The translations under genes were made by a program, and so were the position numbers. A model generated the notes under the pieces. The model made no database searches. It saw nothing but the letters and a program-made list of their open reading frames with translations, and was not told the DNA's origin. From an uncultured Poribacteria bacterium (GTDB lineage Bacteria; Poribacteria; WGA-4E; WGA-3G): DNA of 64,000 nucleotides. Where the stretch lies: positions 2,880,001-2,944,000 of the forward strand of contig OX638351.1 in NCBI GenBank assembly GCA_951813565.1. The letters are read 5' to 3'. Positions 10,836 to 20,806 of this stretch are shown here, piece by piece. Each line of letters begins with the position of its first letter. The first letter of the stretch is position 1.

Positions 10836-11642
10836 TCACTTTGTATCTGGAACTTCGGTTTTATATGATGCCTCTATATAACTACGGATTCGTTCAAATT
10901 GATGATGTTTTCGTGCTTCATCCAGTATAAACTTTTCAAATTCAGCAGACCGTTTCGGGTTGAACTGCCTGAACCTTCTAAACGCCTCTACATAGTTATC
11001 AGTATTCTCAAAAAACTTTTGTGCATCCAAAAACTGCGTATCAGCTTCTGAAGGTTTAGCGTATTTTTGCAATGTTTCGGTATCGCCATTAACTACTGCA
11101 TTCGCAATTTCCATAGATCTTCGTGTCCGCGGATTCGGGGATAAAGCATAAACTGCCGTTGCAAACTCGGCTAGGTATTCCATATTATCCGGATTTGAAA
11201 CGAATTTTAACCACGTCTGCATATAGTTTTCAACTTCGGTTTTTTCTCCGTGTCTTGCCACCATATGTTTTCGGAGTAAATCATAAGATTCAGGATTCTC
11301 TATATCATATTCCGTAGTGGCCACTGCCTCGTCTAATAATCCATCAGTAATTTCAAAATCTTTCCACGGGTCAGCAGGTCGCTTAGAAACTTCATCGGGT
11401 TTTGGGTCATCTAACCAGTCAGGTTTTACGTTATCCGCGTTATCTTCTGTGGCATCGCTTGCGTTTTCCTGTTGGGTGAGCTTCTCGGATAATTGCGTTT
11501 CTGCTTTAGCCGTTTCAGGCGATTCCGTATGAACTGCTCTATCCTCTGAAACCGTTTCAGGTGCGGGTGCTCTCATATAAACTGCTATACCCGCAGCGAT
11601 AATTGCGCAAACTATAAGTATTGCGAAAATATATGCTCTCAT
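10836..11642 (-). CDS. Membrane-anchored or secreted hypothetical protein
   Basis: N-terminal hydrophobic helix, acidic linker, GGAGG RBS, consensus promoter upstream. Confidence 0.75.
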   Translation of the reverse strand: MRAYIFAILIVCAIIAAGIAVYMRAPAPETVSEDRAVHTESPETAKAETQLSEKLTQQENASDATEDNADNVKPDWLDDPKPDEVSKRPADPWKDFEITDGLLDEAVATTEYDIENPESYDLLRKHMVARHGEKTEVENYMQTWLKFVSNPDNMEYLAEFATAVYALSPNPRTRRSMEIANAVVNGDTETLQKYAKPSEADTQFLDAQKFFENTDNYVEAFRRFRQFNPKRSAEFEKFILDEARKHHQFERIRSYIEASYKTEVPDTK

Positions 11643-11870
11643 TTATTTCTAACCTCCATGTGTTTAGATATAAATTCATACGCCTGATATGATACACCAC
11701 ACCAGACATATAAAATTGTTGTAATTAAGCTGTGGTAAATTCTAAAAATAAATAGACACTTTCTTCCCGCGATAGGCGGGGTTTCCTAACCTCTTATTAC
11801 AGACGGCCCCAGTACCTATTTGTATTTCAAAACTACATTAAAATACTATTTCTAAATACGGTATAATAGT

Positions 11871-11899
11871 ATTATACCCCCTGTAGATATATTTGTCAA
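11871..11899 (-). promoter_or_regulatory. Sigma-70 promoter
   Basis: Exact TTGACA-N17-TATAAT on the minus strand upstream of 11642. Confidence 0.8.
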
Positions 11900-11977
11900 G
11901 TTAAAATTGAAAAAAATTGCATTATTTTAAGAAAAATTAGGAAGAAATGTGTAATTTTGAGGAATTCGTCTCTTTTA

Positions 11978-12160
11978 TTAGCATTTTCCAATAGCCCGCA
12001 CAAAACTTTCCAGAAGTTCGATCGTTAACATCCCCAAACCCACGCTGGTCTGAGGATCTCTCCCCGATATGTAGATAAACCACTTCCGACAAGCAAAGAA
12101 GTTCTCTCTATTTCCGCCAATAGTGCTTGACGGACAAAATTGTTATTGTCCTTAGCAGAT
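11978..12160 (-). pseudogene. Decayed copy of the 3' end of the 13512-15464 gene
   Basis: Colinear similarity with 13512-13700 (shared CCCCGATATGTAGA, ATTTCCGC.AATAG.GCTTGACG) with indels. Confidence 0.7.
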
Positions 12161-12250
12161 GAATCCAACAAGTGGGCGGGGTCTGCAAATTTCAAAATAT
12201 CCGGTGACTATATTGACAAAGATGGAATGGGGGCGAGTGTGAGGAATACC

Positions 12251-12510
12251 CATAGGTGTCAACTTAAGAAACTATGTATCAGTTTTTAAGTATTGTCTGT
12301 TTGTGTTTCGTCTGAATCGCGGATTAGGCAGATTACGCGGATTTCACAGATTATTTGATTTGTGAATATCCACGTAGGATGGGAAAATCCTGAAAATCTT
12401 GTAATCCTGTAAATCCTGGTTCAGACAAATATCCAATCAAGTAATATCGGGCTTGAAAAGCCCTTACACAAGAGATAAATCAACAATTATTTCTTAAGTT
12501 GACACCTATG
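12251..12510. mobile_element. 260-bp MITE
   Basis: Perfect 21-bp TIR CATAGGTGTCAACTTAAGAAA; interior has AATCC-type short repeats and a REP-like hairpin. Confidence 0.8.
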
Positions 12511-12540
12511 TGATTATGCGAAAGCTAAGTTGAGGTCAGG

Positions 12541-13317
12541 TTATCTTGAAGCTTTAAGATCCCCCCAAGTCAGAGCTAGCTTATTGGCAGGCTTTACGTC
12601 AGCCCACCCTTTTGCATCCATGTTTTGGTTGATTTCGTCTTCACTTAGCGCTCGATTATAAACACCAAGTTCGTCAACGAGACCTATGAAGTAATAGGCA
12701 GCATTAGCAGGGAATAGCCTTGTTCCAAGTAGCCAAGCTGTAGGGGTCGGACCTGAGTAAACTTCTGCTTTGAGTTCCCCCTTTAAAGCTCCATCGACAT
12801 AAAGAAGATATTGGTCATCAAAAACAGCAGTGATATAATACCAATCACCGCGTGTTTCAAGAATCCCCCCAGGAGAATTCAAATCTCCGCCGCCAGGTGG
12901 CCATTGACCAACATTCATCCCGCCATCATTCCTCATATAAATATAGTTCTTAGTCGATCCACTCTTCTCACCGCCCTGCCATATGAAACTGGCAGACTGA
13001 TCCTTATTATTAATAAACATCGAAACTGTAAGTGGTGGATCTATATTCAAACTTTCGGGAACTCCGAAATCCACATAATCATCACCATCAAACTCCAGTG
13101 CCTGACCGACTTTACCTTCAACTACTTTGGGGTCGCCCTTCATGGTTCCATCATTTTTCCCAAATACGTCTTTAACAGTATCGCCATCTACATCAGCCTT
13201 ATCAAAAGTCCAGTAGCTAACCAAACCTTTAGTAATCACTTGAGCTTTCGCCATATTTGTACACATAAAAATAGTTGCAATAACAGCAAAAACTATGACC
13301 AACATTTTGTTAAACAT
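12541..13317 (-). CDS. Secreted LamG/concanavalin A-like protein with a C-terminal TWG tail
   Basis: 'GLVSYWTFD', 'DELGVYNRALS'; ends 'VKPANKLALTWGDLKASR'. Confidence 0.9.
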   Translation of the reverse strand: MFNKMLVIVFAVIATIFMCTNMAKAQVITKGLVSYWTFDKADVDGDTVKDVFGKNDGTMKGDPKVVEGKVGQALEFDGDDYVDFGVPESLNIDPPLTVSMFINNKDQSASFIWQGGEKSGSTKNYIYMRNDGGMNVGQWPPGGGDLNSPGGILETRGDWYYITAVFDDQYLLYVDGALKGELKAEVYSGPTPTAWLLGTRLFPANAAYYFIGLVDELGVYNRALSEDEINQNMDAKGWADVKPANKLALTWGDLKASR

Positions 13318-13511
13318 TTTGGACTCCTTTTTTTCCAGTATTGGTCGTTAGGACCGGGCAAAACCGGTTCCACAAATTTCATTAGAACCCTACATCTTTT
13401 TCCGAACTCACGTTAATATATATATGTATGTATGTCAAGTTAATTTTGAAAAAAGCAGAATTTGCGAAAATTCTGTAAAGAATTGTATAATTTGAGGAAC
13501 TCACTTTTTTA

Positions 13512-15464
13512 TTAAAATTTTCCGAAGACCCGTACAAATATTTCCATGAAATTTTGATCGTTCACATCTCCAATTGCTCGCTGGTCTATGTATCGCGCCC
13601 CGATATGTAGAAAAAGCTGCTTCCGATAGGCGAAAAAACTCTTTTCCATTTCCGCTAATAGCGCTTGACGAACAAAATCGTTATCATCCTTAAGTAGATC
13701 GTTGAACAAAAGAATCTGTCCACCACCTGTGATCTTGATCGTTTTTGTGAACTGGTACACGACCTTGAGGATAAGTGCAGGAGTCATATCACGGACATGT
13801 GCTTGTTCAATTTGGCGCAATCGGAGTTCACGCGAGACGTCCCTATCATCAATCCTCGCGTGTAGATTGAGGTATTCGAGTCGGTCTTCCGCCATCCGAA
13901 ATCCGTTACGAATGGTATATTTGAACATTGGGCTGATTTCCAGCGATTTGGAGGGTCGTAGCCGGTAAAGGGTTTTGAAAATGCCGACTTCGTAGTGTTC
14001 ATTATTACCGTCAAAATCAATATCGTATTGCAGCTTGGCACGAGCTGTGGTGACCATGCGGTCTATACCGTTATATTCCCATGTGATTTTGGCGGTGTTA
14101 ATCAGATCGTTCTGCATTAGCAGAGGGTCTTTGCGGCGTTTTTCGACTTCTGCCCCACCATCAACATAGAAAAACAGCAGGTCTCCTTCCGGCACCATCT
14201 CTTGGATTTCCGGTTGTGACCGATAGATTCTTTCATCTTGTCTGCCCAAAAATCCTGCATAATACCATGTTTCGTCAGGAATATTGTCCTTCACTAATTT
14301 GAGTTCATTTTCAAAAATAAGCGAAGATGCGCGTGGCAGTTCTTTTTTATAAACTATGTTAGCGAACGCTTTCCTGGAGGTTGGAATATTGCGGAATTTT
14401 AGGTTTTTCTCGACTTGGAGCCCAAGGTCCAGGTCAATTACGCTTTTTTCTCCGCTCATCGTTTGGTTCATGAAAAGCCGGACGCCTTCCAATCCGACAT
14501 CAAATTCGTAATTCGGATTCTGATCGTTTTCTTCTTCGTCCCGTATACCGTTGTTGTTTCGATCTGTTTCATCAAGGAAATCTTCATCAACATCAAACAG
14601 CAGAATATCGTCCTCGTAGTCGAAGGTGCCGTTGTTATTTTTATCAAGGTCACCAGGAATAATCAGGGATGGCGGGTCAGGAAATGTATTATCGGAGTAT
14701 CTGTCCTGGTCATCGTTATCTCCGACAGAGCGGGAGGCGTCAAATCGTGGACCGACGCGAAACGCCTCCGCTTGAAAGAGCGTATCCCCAACCGTTCGGA
14801 ATGCTTTGAACACGGTTGTCGTGGCATCAAAACGTGAGCCCAAGTTTTTCTGGAGTGCGTTTTTTGGCGTTACTGCTAATTCGGCTTTCAATCCATAATT
14901 GGCAAAATTGGTTTCCATATCGACTGCCCAAACAGGCGTTTCTCGGAAATACCAAGAGAGTCCTAACTGCGATTTACCGAATTTTGTTACTTCGCGTAAG
15001 CCGATGCCCGAACCTTCCGTTTGACCTTCTTGACCGTTCAGGCGATTGAGTGTGCCTGGAACCATTAAGATTGTCCAATCGCTGTGATTAGAACGCACCT
15101 CCCAGCGGACACCGTTTAGATCAATCTGATCGAATGTAAACTTTGTAAACGTTGTCGGCACTTCGCCAAGACTCAGGATATTTTTGACATTACCAGCAGT
15201 TTCCTCAATCACAAGGACGCTATGGAAGCCGCGCCGAAAGAGGCGGTCGAAATCAAAGTTATCTTGCCGGACTCGTTCTTCCTCTGTATCAGCGAGGAAG
15301 TTTCGTCTGTTTGTAAAATCGTATTCGACGCGTCCAGACAGGAACAATTTACCGAATAGACTGTATACATCCTCGGCTTCTGCGTGGAACACAAGAGAAC
15401 AGTTGAACAGTAAAAGGAGAACGCAAGGGATCAGGCACTTTCGGATGCCTGTGTTTCTGTCCAT
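13512..15464 (-). CDS. Putative outer-membrane beta-barrel protein with acidic DxD/NxNG Ca-binding-like loops
   Basis: Signal peptide (AEA); 'DLDKNNNGTFD', 'DRNNNGIRD'; amphipathic strands; terminal Phe. Confidence 0.65.
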   Translation of the reverse strand: MDRNTGIRKCLIPCVLLLLFNCSLVFHAEAEDVYSLFGKLFLSGRVEYDFTNRRNFLADTEEERVRQDNFDFDRLFRRGFHSVLVIEETAGNVKNILSLGEVPTTFTKFTFDQIDLNGVRWEVRSNHSDWTILMVPGTLNRLNGQEGQTEGSGIGLREVTKFGKSQLGLSWYFRETPVWAVDMETNFANYGLKAELAVTPKNALQKNLGSRFDATTTVFKAFRTVGDTLFQAEAFRVGPRFDASRSVGDNDDQDRYSDNTFPDPPSLIIPGDLDKNNNGTFDYEDDILLFDVDEDFLDETDRNNNGIRDEEENDQNPNYEFDVGLEGVRLFMNQTMSGEKSVIDLDLGLQVEKNLKFRNIPTSRKAFANIVYKKELPRASSLIFENELKLVKDNIPDETWYYAGFLGRQDERIYRSQPEIQEMVPEGDLLFFYVDGGAEVEKRRKDPLLMQNDLINTAKITWEYNGIDRMVTTARAKLQYDIDFDGNNEHYEVGIFKTLYRLRPSKSLEISPMFKYTIRNGFRMAEDRLEYLNLHARIDDRDVSRELRLRQIEQAHVRDMTPALILKVVYQFTKTIKITGGGQILLFNDLLKDDNDFVRQALLAEMEKSFFAYRKQLFLHIGARYIDQRAIGDVNDQNFMEIFVRVFGKF

Positions 15465-15670
15465 ATTTAATTTTCGCAGTCATCGGCTATAGGTTTTTAG
15501 TTCGTTAATTGTTGGGTTTCGCTTCGCTCTATCCAACAAAAATCCGAGAAAATCCGCCATTCAGGTAAATGTAAGAGGTGCAATGAATTGCGCGACTACG
15601 AATGCGTGAAATCAGGGTTGAAACCCCTCCCACAAGATGCGGACGGTACGCGGAGTGTGCCTGCTACTTT

Positions 15671-15805
15671 TATAGTGGATTCTACAATTAACCGGGCATT
15701 TGAGCTGTCCGAGGGAACTCCGATTCCCGACTAACAGTGGTTTCGTCGCGATTCGGAGATCGCTCCTACAGAATATATGTGAACTTATTTACATAATTTA
15801 CTATA
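15671..15805. mobile_element. IS630-type MITE with an internal REP doublet
   Basis: Right end reverse-complements to TATAGTAAATTATGTAAATAAGTTCACA, close to the IS630 TIR ending at 37495. Confidence 0.7.
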
Positions 15806-15935
15806 ATCTGTCAAAAACATCGCAGACAGCAGGAGGTAACCTATTCCTACTTAACAATGTGATTTGAAGCATATCACAAATCCAGCAAAATATCAAATTT
15901 CTAAATCCTATAATCCTGGTTCAGACAATCCGATA

Positions 15936-15982
15936 TTCAGACAGAAAAGGCGCGCTTTGTTAGCGCGCCTTTTCTGTCTGAA
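15936..15982. terminator. Intrinsic terminator after the aldehyde dehydrogenase gene
   Basis: Perfect 21-bp inverted repeat with a GC-rich core (GGCGCGCT/AGCGCGCC) and T tracts. Confidence 0.8.
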
Positions 15983-16000
15983 ATCAAGTTAATTTCACAC

Positions 16001-17419
16001 TTAACTGTCCAAATGGAAGATCGCCATCTTCAACTCAGTCATCTCTTCAATAGCGTATTTGGGACCCTCTTTACCCATACCGCTCTCTTTAACACCACCA
16101 TACGGCATTAAATCCGCACGCCACTGCGTGCCCCAGTTCACCATCAAATTACCAGATTCAACCTCACGTACAAACCGCATTGCCCAATCGACGTTCTGTG
16201 TAAAAATCGCAGCACTCAGTCCGTAGTTTGTATCGTTCGCGAGGGTGATTGCTTCGTCAATATCGTTGACACGCGTCACACCGACAGCCGGTCCGAACAC
16301 CTCATCACAAGAGATTTTCATCTCAGGTTTAACGTTAGCAAGGATAGCAGGCGTAACAAACTGATCTTGTTTTTCACCACCTGTAAGAAGTTCCGCACCG
16401 TCTGATACGGCTTCTTTAATCCATTCGGTAACACGGGTAGCATCCCCTTCTCGAATCATCGGTCCCATCCGAACCCCAGATTCCAACGGATTGCCGATAC
16501 CAATTTGGGAAACTTCCGCTTGGAACGCATCTAAGAAATCACCGTAGATTTTTTCATGTGCGATGACACGCTGCGTGGAAATACATACCTGTCCCGCATT
16601 GGAATAGCCGGACGCTGCCGCCGCACGTGCTACCTTCTCTGGATCCGCATCGGGCATAACGATAAGGGGTGAATTTGAACCGAGTTCCATTGTGACGCGT
16701 TTCAGCCCTGCGACCTTACAGATATGTTCACCAACATCACGGCTGCCAGTAAAAGTAATCTTTCGGATGCGACGATCCGCGCACAGCGTATCTCCGATTT
16801 CACCACCGGGCCCCGTCACACACTGAATCGCTTCTGGTGGCGTGCCTGCTTCTAAAAAAAGTTCTACCAATTTCAGTGCGGAGAGCGGTGTATCCGTTGC
16901 GGGTTTGATGATAATAGCATTTCCGCCAGCAATCGCAGGACCAGCTTTATGGCAAACAAGGTGCAATGGGAAGTTGAAAGGACTAATACCAGCAACAATA
17001 CCGCACGGTACACGTACCGTAAAACCGAGTCTGTTTTTTACACCGGGCGCGCCTTCAAGAGGGATCGTTTCACCAGTTAATCGTTTTGCTTCCTCTGCTG
17101 AGAGCGCAATAATTTCGGAAGCGCGCGTTGCTTCAACGGTCGCCTCAGCTAATATCTTCCCCTCTTCACGGGTGATAACTTCAGCAAGTTCTTCTGCTTT
17201 TTCGACCATCAAATCCGCGACTTTCCGCAAGATTTCATAACGTTCATAGCCGGTCAACCCCGCCATGATTTTTGCCCCGCGTTCTGCGGTTTGGATAGCA
17301 TTTTCAACGTCGTTCGCGTCCCCTTTCGGTACGGTATCAACAACTGAACCGTCAAAAGGACTCAGGACATCTATTTTATTAGATTTGTCAACCCATTCTC
17401 CACCAACGTGCATTCGCAT
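16001..17419 (-). CDS. Aldehyde dehydrogenase
   Basis: 'PFNFP', 'FTGS', 'MELGSNS', catalytic 'NAGQVCIS', 'EVFGP'. Confidence 0.95.
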   Translation of the reverse strand: MRMHVGGEWVDKSNKIDVLSPFDGSVVDTVPKGDANDVENAIQTAERGAKIMAGLTGYERYEILRKVADLMVEKAEELAEVITREEGKILAEATVEATRASEIIALSAEEAKRLTGETIPLEGAPGVKNRLGFTVRVPCGIVAGISPFNFPLHLVCHKAGPAIAGGNAIIIKPATDTPLSALKLVELFLEAGTPPEAIQCVTGPGGEIGDTLCADRRIRKITFTGSRDVGEHICKVAGLKRVTMELGSNSPLIVMPDADPEKVARAAAASGYSNAGQVCISTQRVIAHEKIYGDFLDAFQAEVSQIGIGNPLESGVRMGPMIREGDATRVTEWIKEAVSDGAELLTGGEKQDQFVTPAILANVKPEMKISCDEVFGPAVGVTRVNDIDEAITLANDTNYGLSAAIFTQNVDWAMRFVREVESGNLMVNWGTQWRADLMPYGGVKESGMGKEGPKYAIEEMTELKMAIFHLDS

Positions 17420-17467
17420 AGTGCGTTTTCTCCATTTCTATTTCAACACGCAATGTGCGTGCTAATT

Positions 17468-18235
17468 TTACTTTTTGGACTTTAGCAAACCCCAAGTGGT
17501 GGTTGCTTTTCCTGATGCCTCAACAGCGGCATAATCTGCTAAGCCTGTATCCATGACATCGTTGACTTGTGCTTCAGTAAGTGCTTTAGTGAAGAACCCC
17601 ACTTCATCAAAGAGTCCTGTTGCCGCTACATTGCCAGGGCGTGCACCTATCCAGATGGGGGATTGACTGGTATCCAGCGTTCCACCACTCGCCTTTTCAA
17701 CTTCCAGTTTTCCATCAATGAACATCTTAACACTTTTGCCATCATAAACTTTCGCGATATGATGCCACTTACCATCTGCCACGATAGTTTTACCCGGCAT
17801 ACGAGTCTCCACGCCCTTGACGTGCCACATGAACACCGGATAGTCAGCATCGTGAATCCATATATCAAGATGACGTACAAGATTGGGCTCGGGCCAAACC
17901 TCTCCATTTCGCCAAACGACATACTGCCATGAGGCTGCTTGTAACTTAATCCAGACGACGAATGTATAAGGATCGGAGTTGAAAACGTCATCATGGTCAA
18001 CACGGACGTAGCTGTCACCTTTGCCAGGGAATTCCAATGCACCACCGAATTTGCCATCACCTACCCACTTTAGAGTGCCTTTGATGTCCCCATCGTGTCC
18101 ACTGACGACATCTTTAACCACTTTTCCACCATTTTCTTCAAACAACCATGCACTTGCTAAATCCAGTTTCGCCGCATGAGCAGAAAAGACTGCCCCGATG
18201 ATAAGTATTGTCAAACACAAAATAGTCGTTTTCAT
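17468..18235 (-). CDS. Secreted LamG domain protein with a TWG tail
   Basis: Signal peptide; 'DGKWHHIA', 'FDEVGFF'; ends 'AVEASGKATTTWGLLKSKK'. Confidence 0.9.
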   Translation of the reverse strand: MKTTILCLTILIIGAVFSAHAAKLDLASAWLFEENGGKVVKDVVSGHDGDIKGTLKWVGDGKFGGALEFPGKGDSYVRVDHDDVFNSDPYTFVVWIKLQAASWQYVVWRNGEVWPEPNLVRHLDIWIHDADYPVFMWHVKGVETRMPGKTIVADGKWHHIAKVYDGKSVKMFIDGKLEVEKASGGTLDTSQSPIWIGARPGNVAATGLFDEVGFFTKALTEAQVNDVMDTGLADYAAVEASGKATTTWGLLKSKK

Positions 18236-18268
18236 TATGTTTTCCTCCTTGAGGTTGCAAATACGAGT

Positions 18269-19273
18269 TTAGACGCGACAATTATCAAGCGCGTCTTCAT
18301 CCAATTCAACGCCTAATCCGGGTTTGTCCGGTATAGTCGCATATCCATCAACAAGTGGAATAGTTGAAGGCGTAACAATGTCAAAGGCACGCAGTGCATT
18401 TAAGGTAATCGCTGGCATAGTCGCATTCCGCATGACTGCAGCAAGGTGCATCACGTAAGTAGTCGTGATGCCGAGACCAACAATCTGTATCCATACAGGA
18501 AGATGTGCAGCATCTGAAATAATTGCCTCACGTTTGGCATTGGCAGCGCGCGAGTCCGGGTAAGCGATAATAAACGAATCGTTCATTTTTCCCCGAATCG
18601 CTTCAACTGGATCCGGATTTCCAAAATGAATTGTTATCGGCATATCTGTGTGCCGTTTGATTTCTTGGTATCCTGCTATATCCGACTGTGGAATCGGTGT
18701 TTCAAACGATTCAATATTGTGGTCTTGAAGTTGTCTCGCAACTTCAAGCGTGCGTTCTGGAGTCTCAAAAGAGTCATTGGCATCTACGCGAAGTTGAAAA
18801 TCATCTGGTACGACCTCTGTGATTGCCTCTACCTGTTCACGCACTTCAAACCACGGACGTGCCTTGATTTTATGAAGCCGATAGCCCAGTGCGTATGCAT
18901 GCTTTGCTTCCGCAGCCCACTCATCTGGAGTCATATCTATAGACCAATATCCGAACGATGTTTTGTCATTAACCTTTTCACCTAAGAGTTGATGTACTGG
19001 CACACCGAGTGACTTGCCCATGATGTCATAAAATGCCTGCTGTAGTGGTGTCGGTGCCCAACCACTCATAAACTCAAACGGATTCCTACCGATATATCGC
19101 TGAACTGCTTCGTCCGATTGAAACGATCCATCGCCAATACCGATAATCCCAGCATCCGTATGCACCTTGTAAACATGGTCAATTTGATAAAGATTACGAC
19201 GCGTCATCAGTTCATAAATGCCATCATGGTAAGGCACTCTGACCTTGATAACTTCAATTTGGGTAATTTTCAT
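18269..19273 (-). CDS. Mandelate racemase/muconate lactonizing enzyme family protein
   Basis: 'HTDAGIIGIG', KxK motif, 'VDAN', 'FETP', 'PGLGVELD'. Confidence 0.9.
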   Translation of the reverse strand: MKITQIEVIKVRVPYHDGIYELMTRRNLYQIDHVYKVHTDAGIIGIGDGSFQSDEAVQRYIGRNPFEFMSGWAPTPLQQAFYDIMGKSLGVPVHQLLGEKVNDKTSFGYWSIDMTPDEWAAEAKHAYALGYRLHKIKARPWFEVREQVEAITEVVPDDFQLRVDANDSFETPERTLEVARQLQDHNIESFETPIPQSDIAGYQEIKRHTDMPITIHFGNPDPVEAIRGKMNDSFIIAYPDSRAANAKREAIISDAAHLPVWIQIVGLGITTTYVMHLAAVMRNATMPAITLNALRAFDIVTPSTIPLVDGYATIPDKPGLGVELDEDALDNCRV

Positions 19274-19323
19274 GATTCCCCTCCCGTATCCGAATAATGA
19301 TCTTGTGTTGATGTTATAAGTTG

Positions 19324-19776
19324 CTATTCATCACGTCTAATCCAACTGACAACATCTTCCGCTTCACCTGTTCCACCTTCTACGCCATCACTTCCAAATG
19401 AGATAAGGTCGTATCCGTATCGGTCATGCACACCCGGACGGATGTAAATGTATGGGTTGCCCCACGGGTCCTCTGTAATTGGGATTTGAATGTATGGGAC
19501 TAACCAATTTATAGGAAGTGGTGGTTCTTCAGGTTTTTCCCAAAGTGCTTTCAATCCCTGTTTAGTTGAAGGATAATCTCCATTGTCCTTGGCATACCTA
19601 TCAAGGGCGATGCCAAGCGTTTCAATGTCTTCAGCTGCACGTGTTTGTAATGCACGCCCTGCTTGTCCGAGCAACCGTGGTGCCAAAAGAACAGCAGCAA
19701 TCACACCAAGAACAACTACAACAACTAAAACTTGTATCAGTGTTAATCCAGATTGTTTAGAATCAATTTGTTTCAC
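19324..19776 (-). CDS. gspG: Type II secretion major pseudopilin GspG (atypical N-terminus)
   Basis: Prepilin site G|LTLIQ; 'YPSTKQGLKAL', 'DPWGNPYIY', 'SFGSDGVEGG'; GTG start after GGAG. Confidence 0.85.
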   Translation of the reverse strand: MKQIDSKQSGLTLIQVLVVVVVLGVIAAVLLAPRLLGQAGRALQTRAAEDIETLGIALDRYAKDNGDYPSTKQGLKALWEKPEEPPLPINWLVPYIQIPITEDPWGNPYIYIRPGVHDRYGYDLISFGSDGVEGGTGEAEDVVSWIRRDE

Positions 19777-19858
19777 AAATGCGTCTCCGCGCTTTCCAAT
19801 AATGAGAAAACTTTTGAATGTCTGCAAGAGTTTATCATATTTCCTTGATTATGTCAAA

Positions 19859-20485
19859 CTATTTCAATCTAACTTTCGGGTCGTCTTCATAGGCGGAATC
19901 TATTTGAACCAGACGTTCTAAAGTTACAGAAAACAATTCAAATAGTGACTTAAGCAATACTGTCTCTTTGATAACACCGACACATTGAAAACTCAACTCA
20001 TCAACGCCTTCGGGAAAATCAGTACCAAACCAACCTTCATCATCTTTTATCGTGAAGTGGATTCTCGGTTGTTTTTGGCACAACTCCTTTATCTTAGCAT
20101 CAGCGAGCAGCATATTGATTTTCTCAGGATTATTGCCTTTGATTACAAACTGGTCATCAAAAAAACGGTCACCTATCTCTATATCCTGCATACCAAAGAA
20201 TTTGCCAATTGAACTGAAAAAGCCTTGGCGATAGATTTTGAAATAAAGACTGTCTTTGTTAATGAAAGGTGCACGCATTCGGGTATATGTTGTTGATGTC
20301 GTTGTTGTTCCGGTAGAAGTTGTAACTGTGTAAGTATCAAGCAAAATTTGCCACTCACCGTGTTTGTAGAGGAGAACATCTTTGCCCCAAAAACCACCGT
20401 CAACATATTCACCGCCGATATCTGTTGCAATTTGTGACCAAATTTCGTCTTTGGAAGGACCGAAAATAGATTTGCGTTTTTTCAT
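19859..20485 (-). CDS. Conserved hypothetical protein (possibly DUF3137-like)
   Basis: GGAGG RBS before the ATG at 20485; 'DIEIGDRFFDDQFVIK'. Confidence 0.7.
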   Translation of the reverse strand: MKKRKSIFGPSKDEIWSQIATDIGGEYVDGGFWGKDVLLYKHGEWQILLDTYTVTTSTGTTTTSTTYTRMRAPFINKDSLYFKIYRQGFFSSIGKFFGMQDIEIGDRFFDDQFVIKGNNPEKINMLLADAKIKELCQKQPRIHFTIKDDEGWFGTDFPEGVDELSFQCVGVIKETVLLKSLFELFSVTLERLVQIDSAYEDDPKVRLK

Positions 20486-20504
20486 TTTTGCCTCCATATA
20501 AACG

Positions 20505-20759
20505 CTAAGAATTCTCTCTTTGGGAGTAGGTTTCCCATAATTCCTTTGGATTGTCAACTGTGAAATCAACGTTTCCACATTCTCCACAAACATTTGCTCT
20601 CAAAAGCTCCCTGTGACTCCCTTTGAAAACCAACGCATCAGGTTTTCTATCAATTTCAATTGCCAAATAATCATCATGCATTGTCTCAACACGATCAACA
20701 ACTGTCAAATTGGGCATGATATTCTCAGAATCGCACCGTGGACATTTCAGTGCAGCCAT
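20505..20759 (-). CDS. Small zinc-ribbon protein
   Basis: CPRC...CGECG; GGAG RBS; 84 aa. Confidence 0.75.
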   Translation of the reverse strand: MAALKCPRCDSENIMPNLTVVDRVETMHDDYLAIEIDRKPDALVFKGSHRELLRANVCGECGNVDFTVDNPKELWETYSQRENS

Positions 20760-20806
20760 GTGGTTGTCTCCTTGTCTCAATATTTGATTAACAGCATTTT
20801 TTGCAT

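Noticed and set aside
12811..13416. 201-aa plus-strand ORF and similar antisense ORFs throughout the track
   Set aside because: Shadows of well-supported genes on the opposite strand
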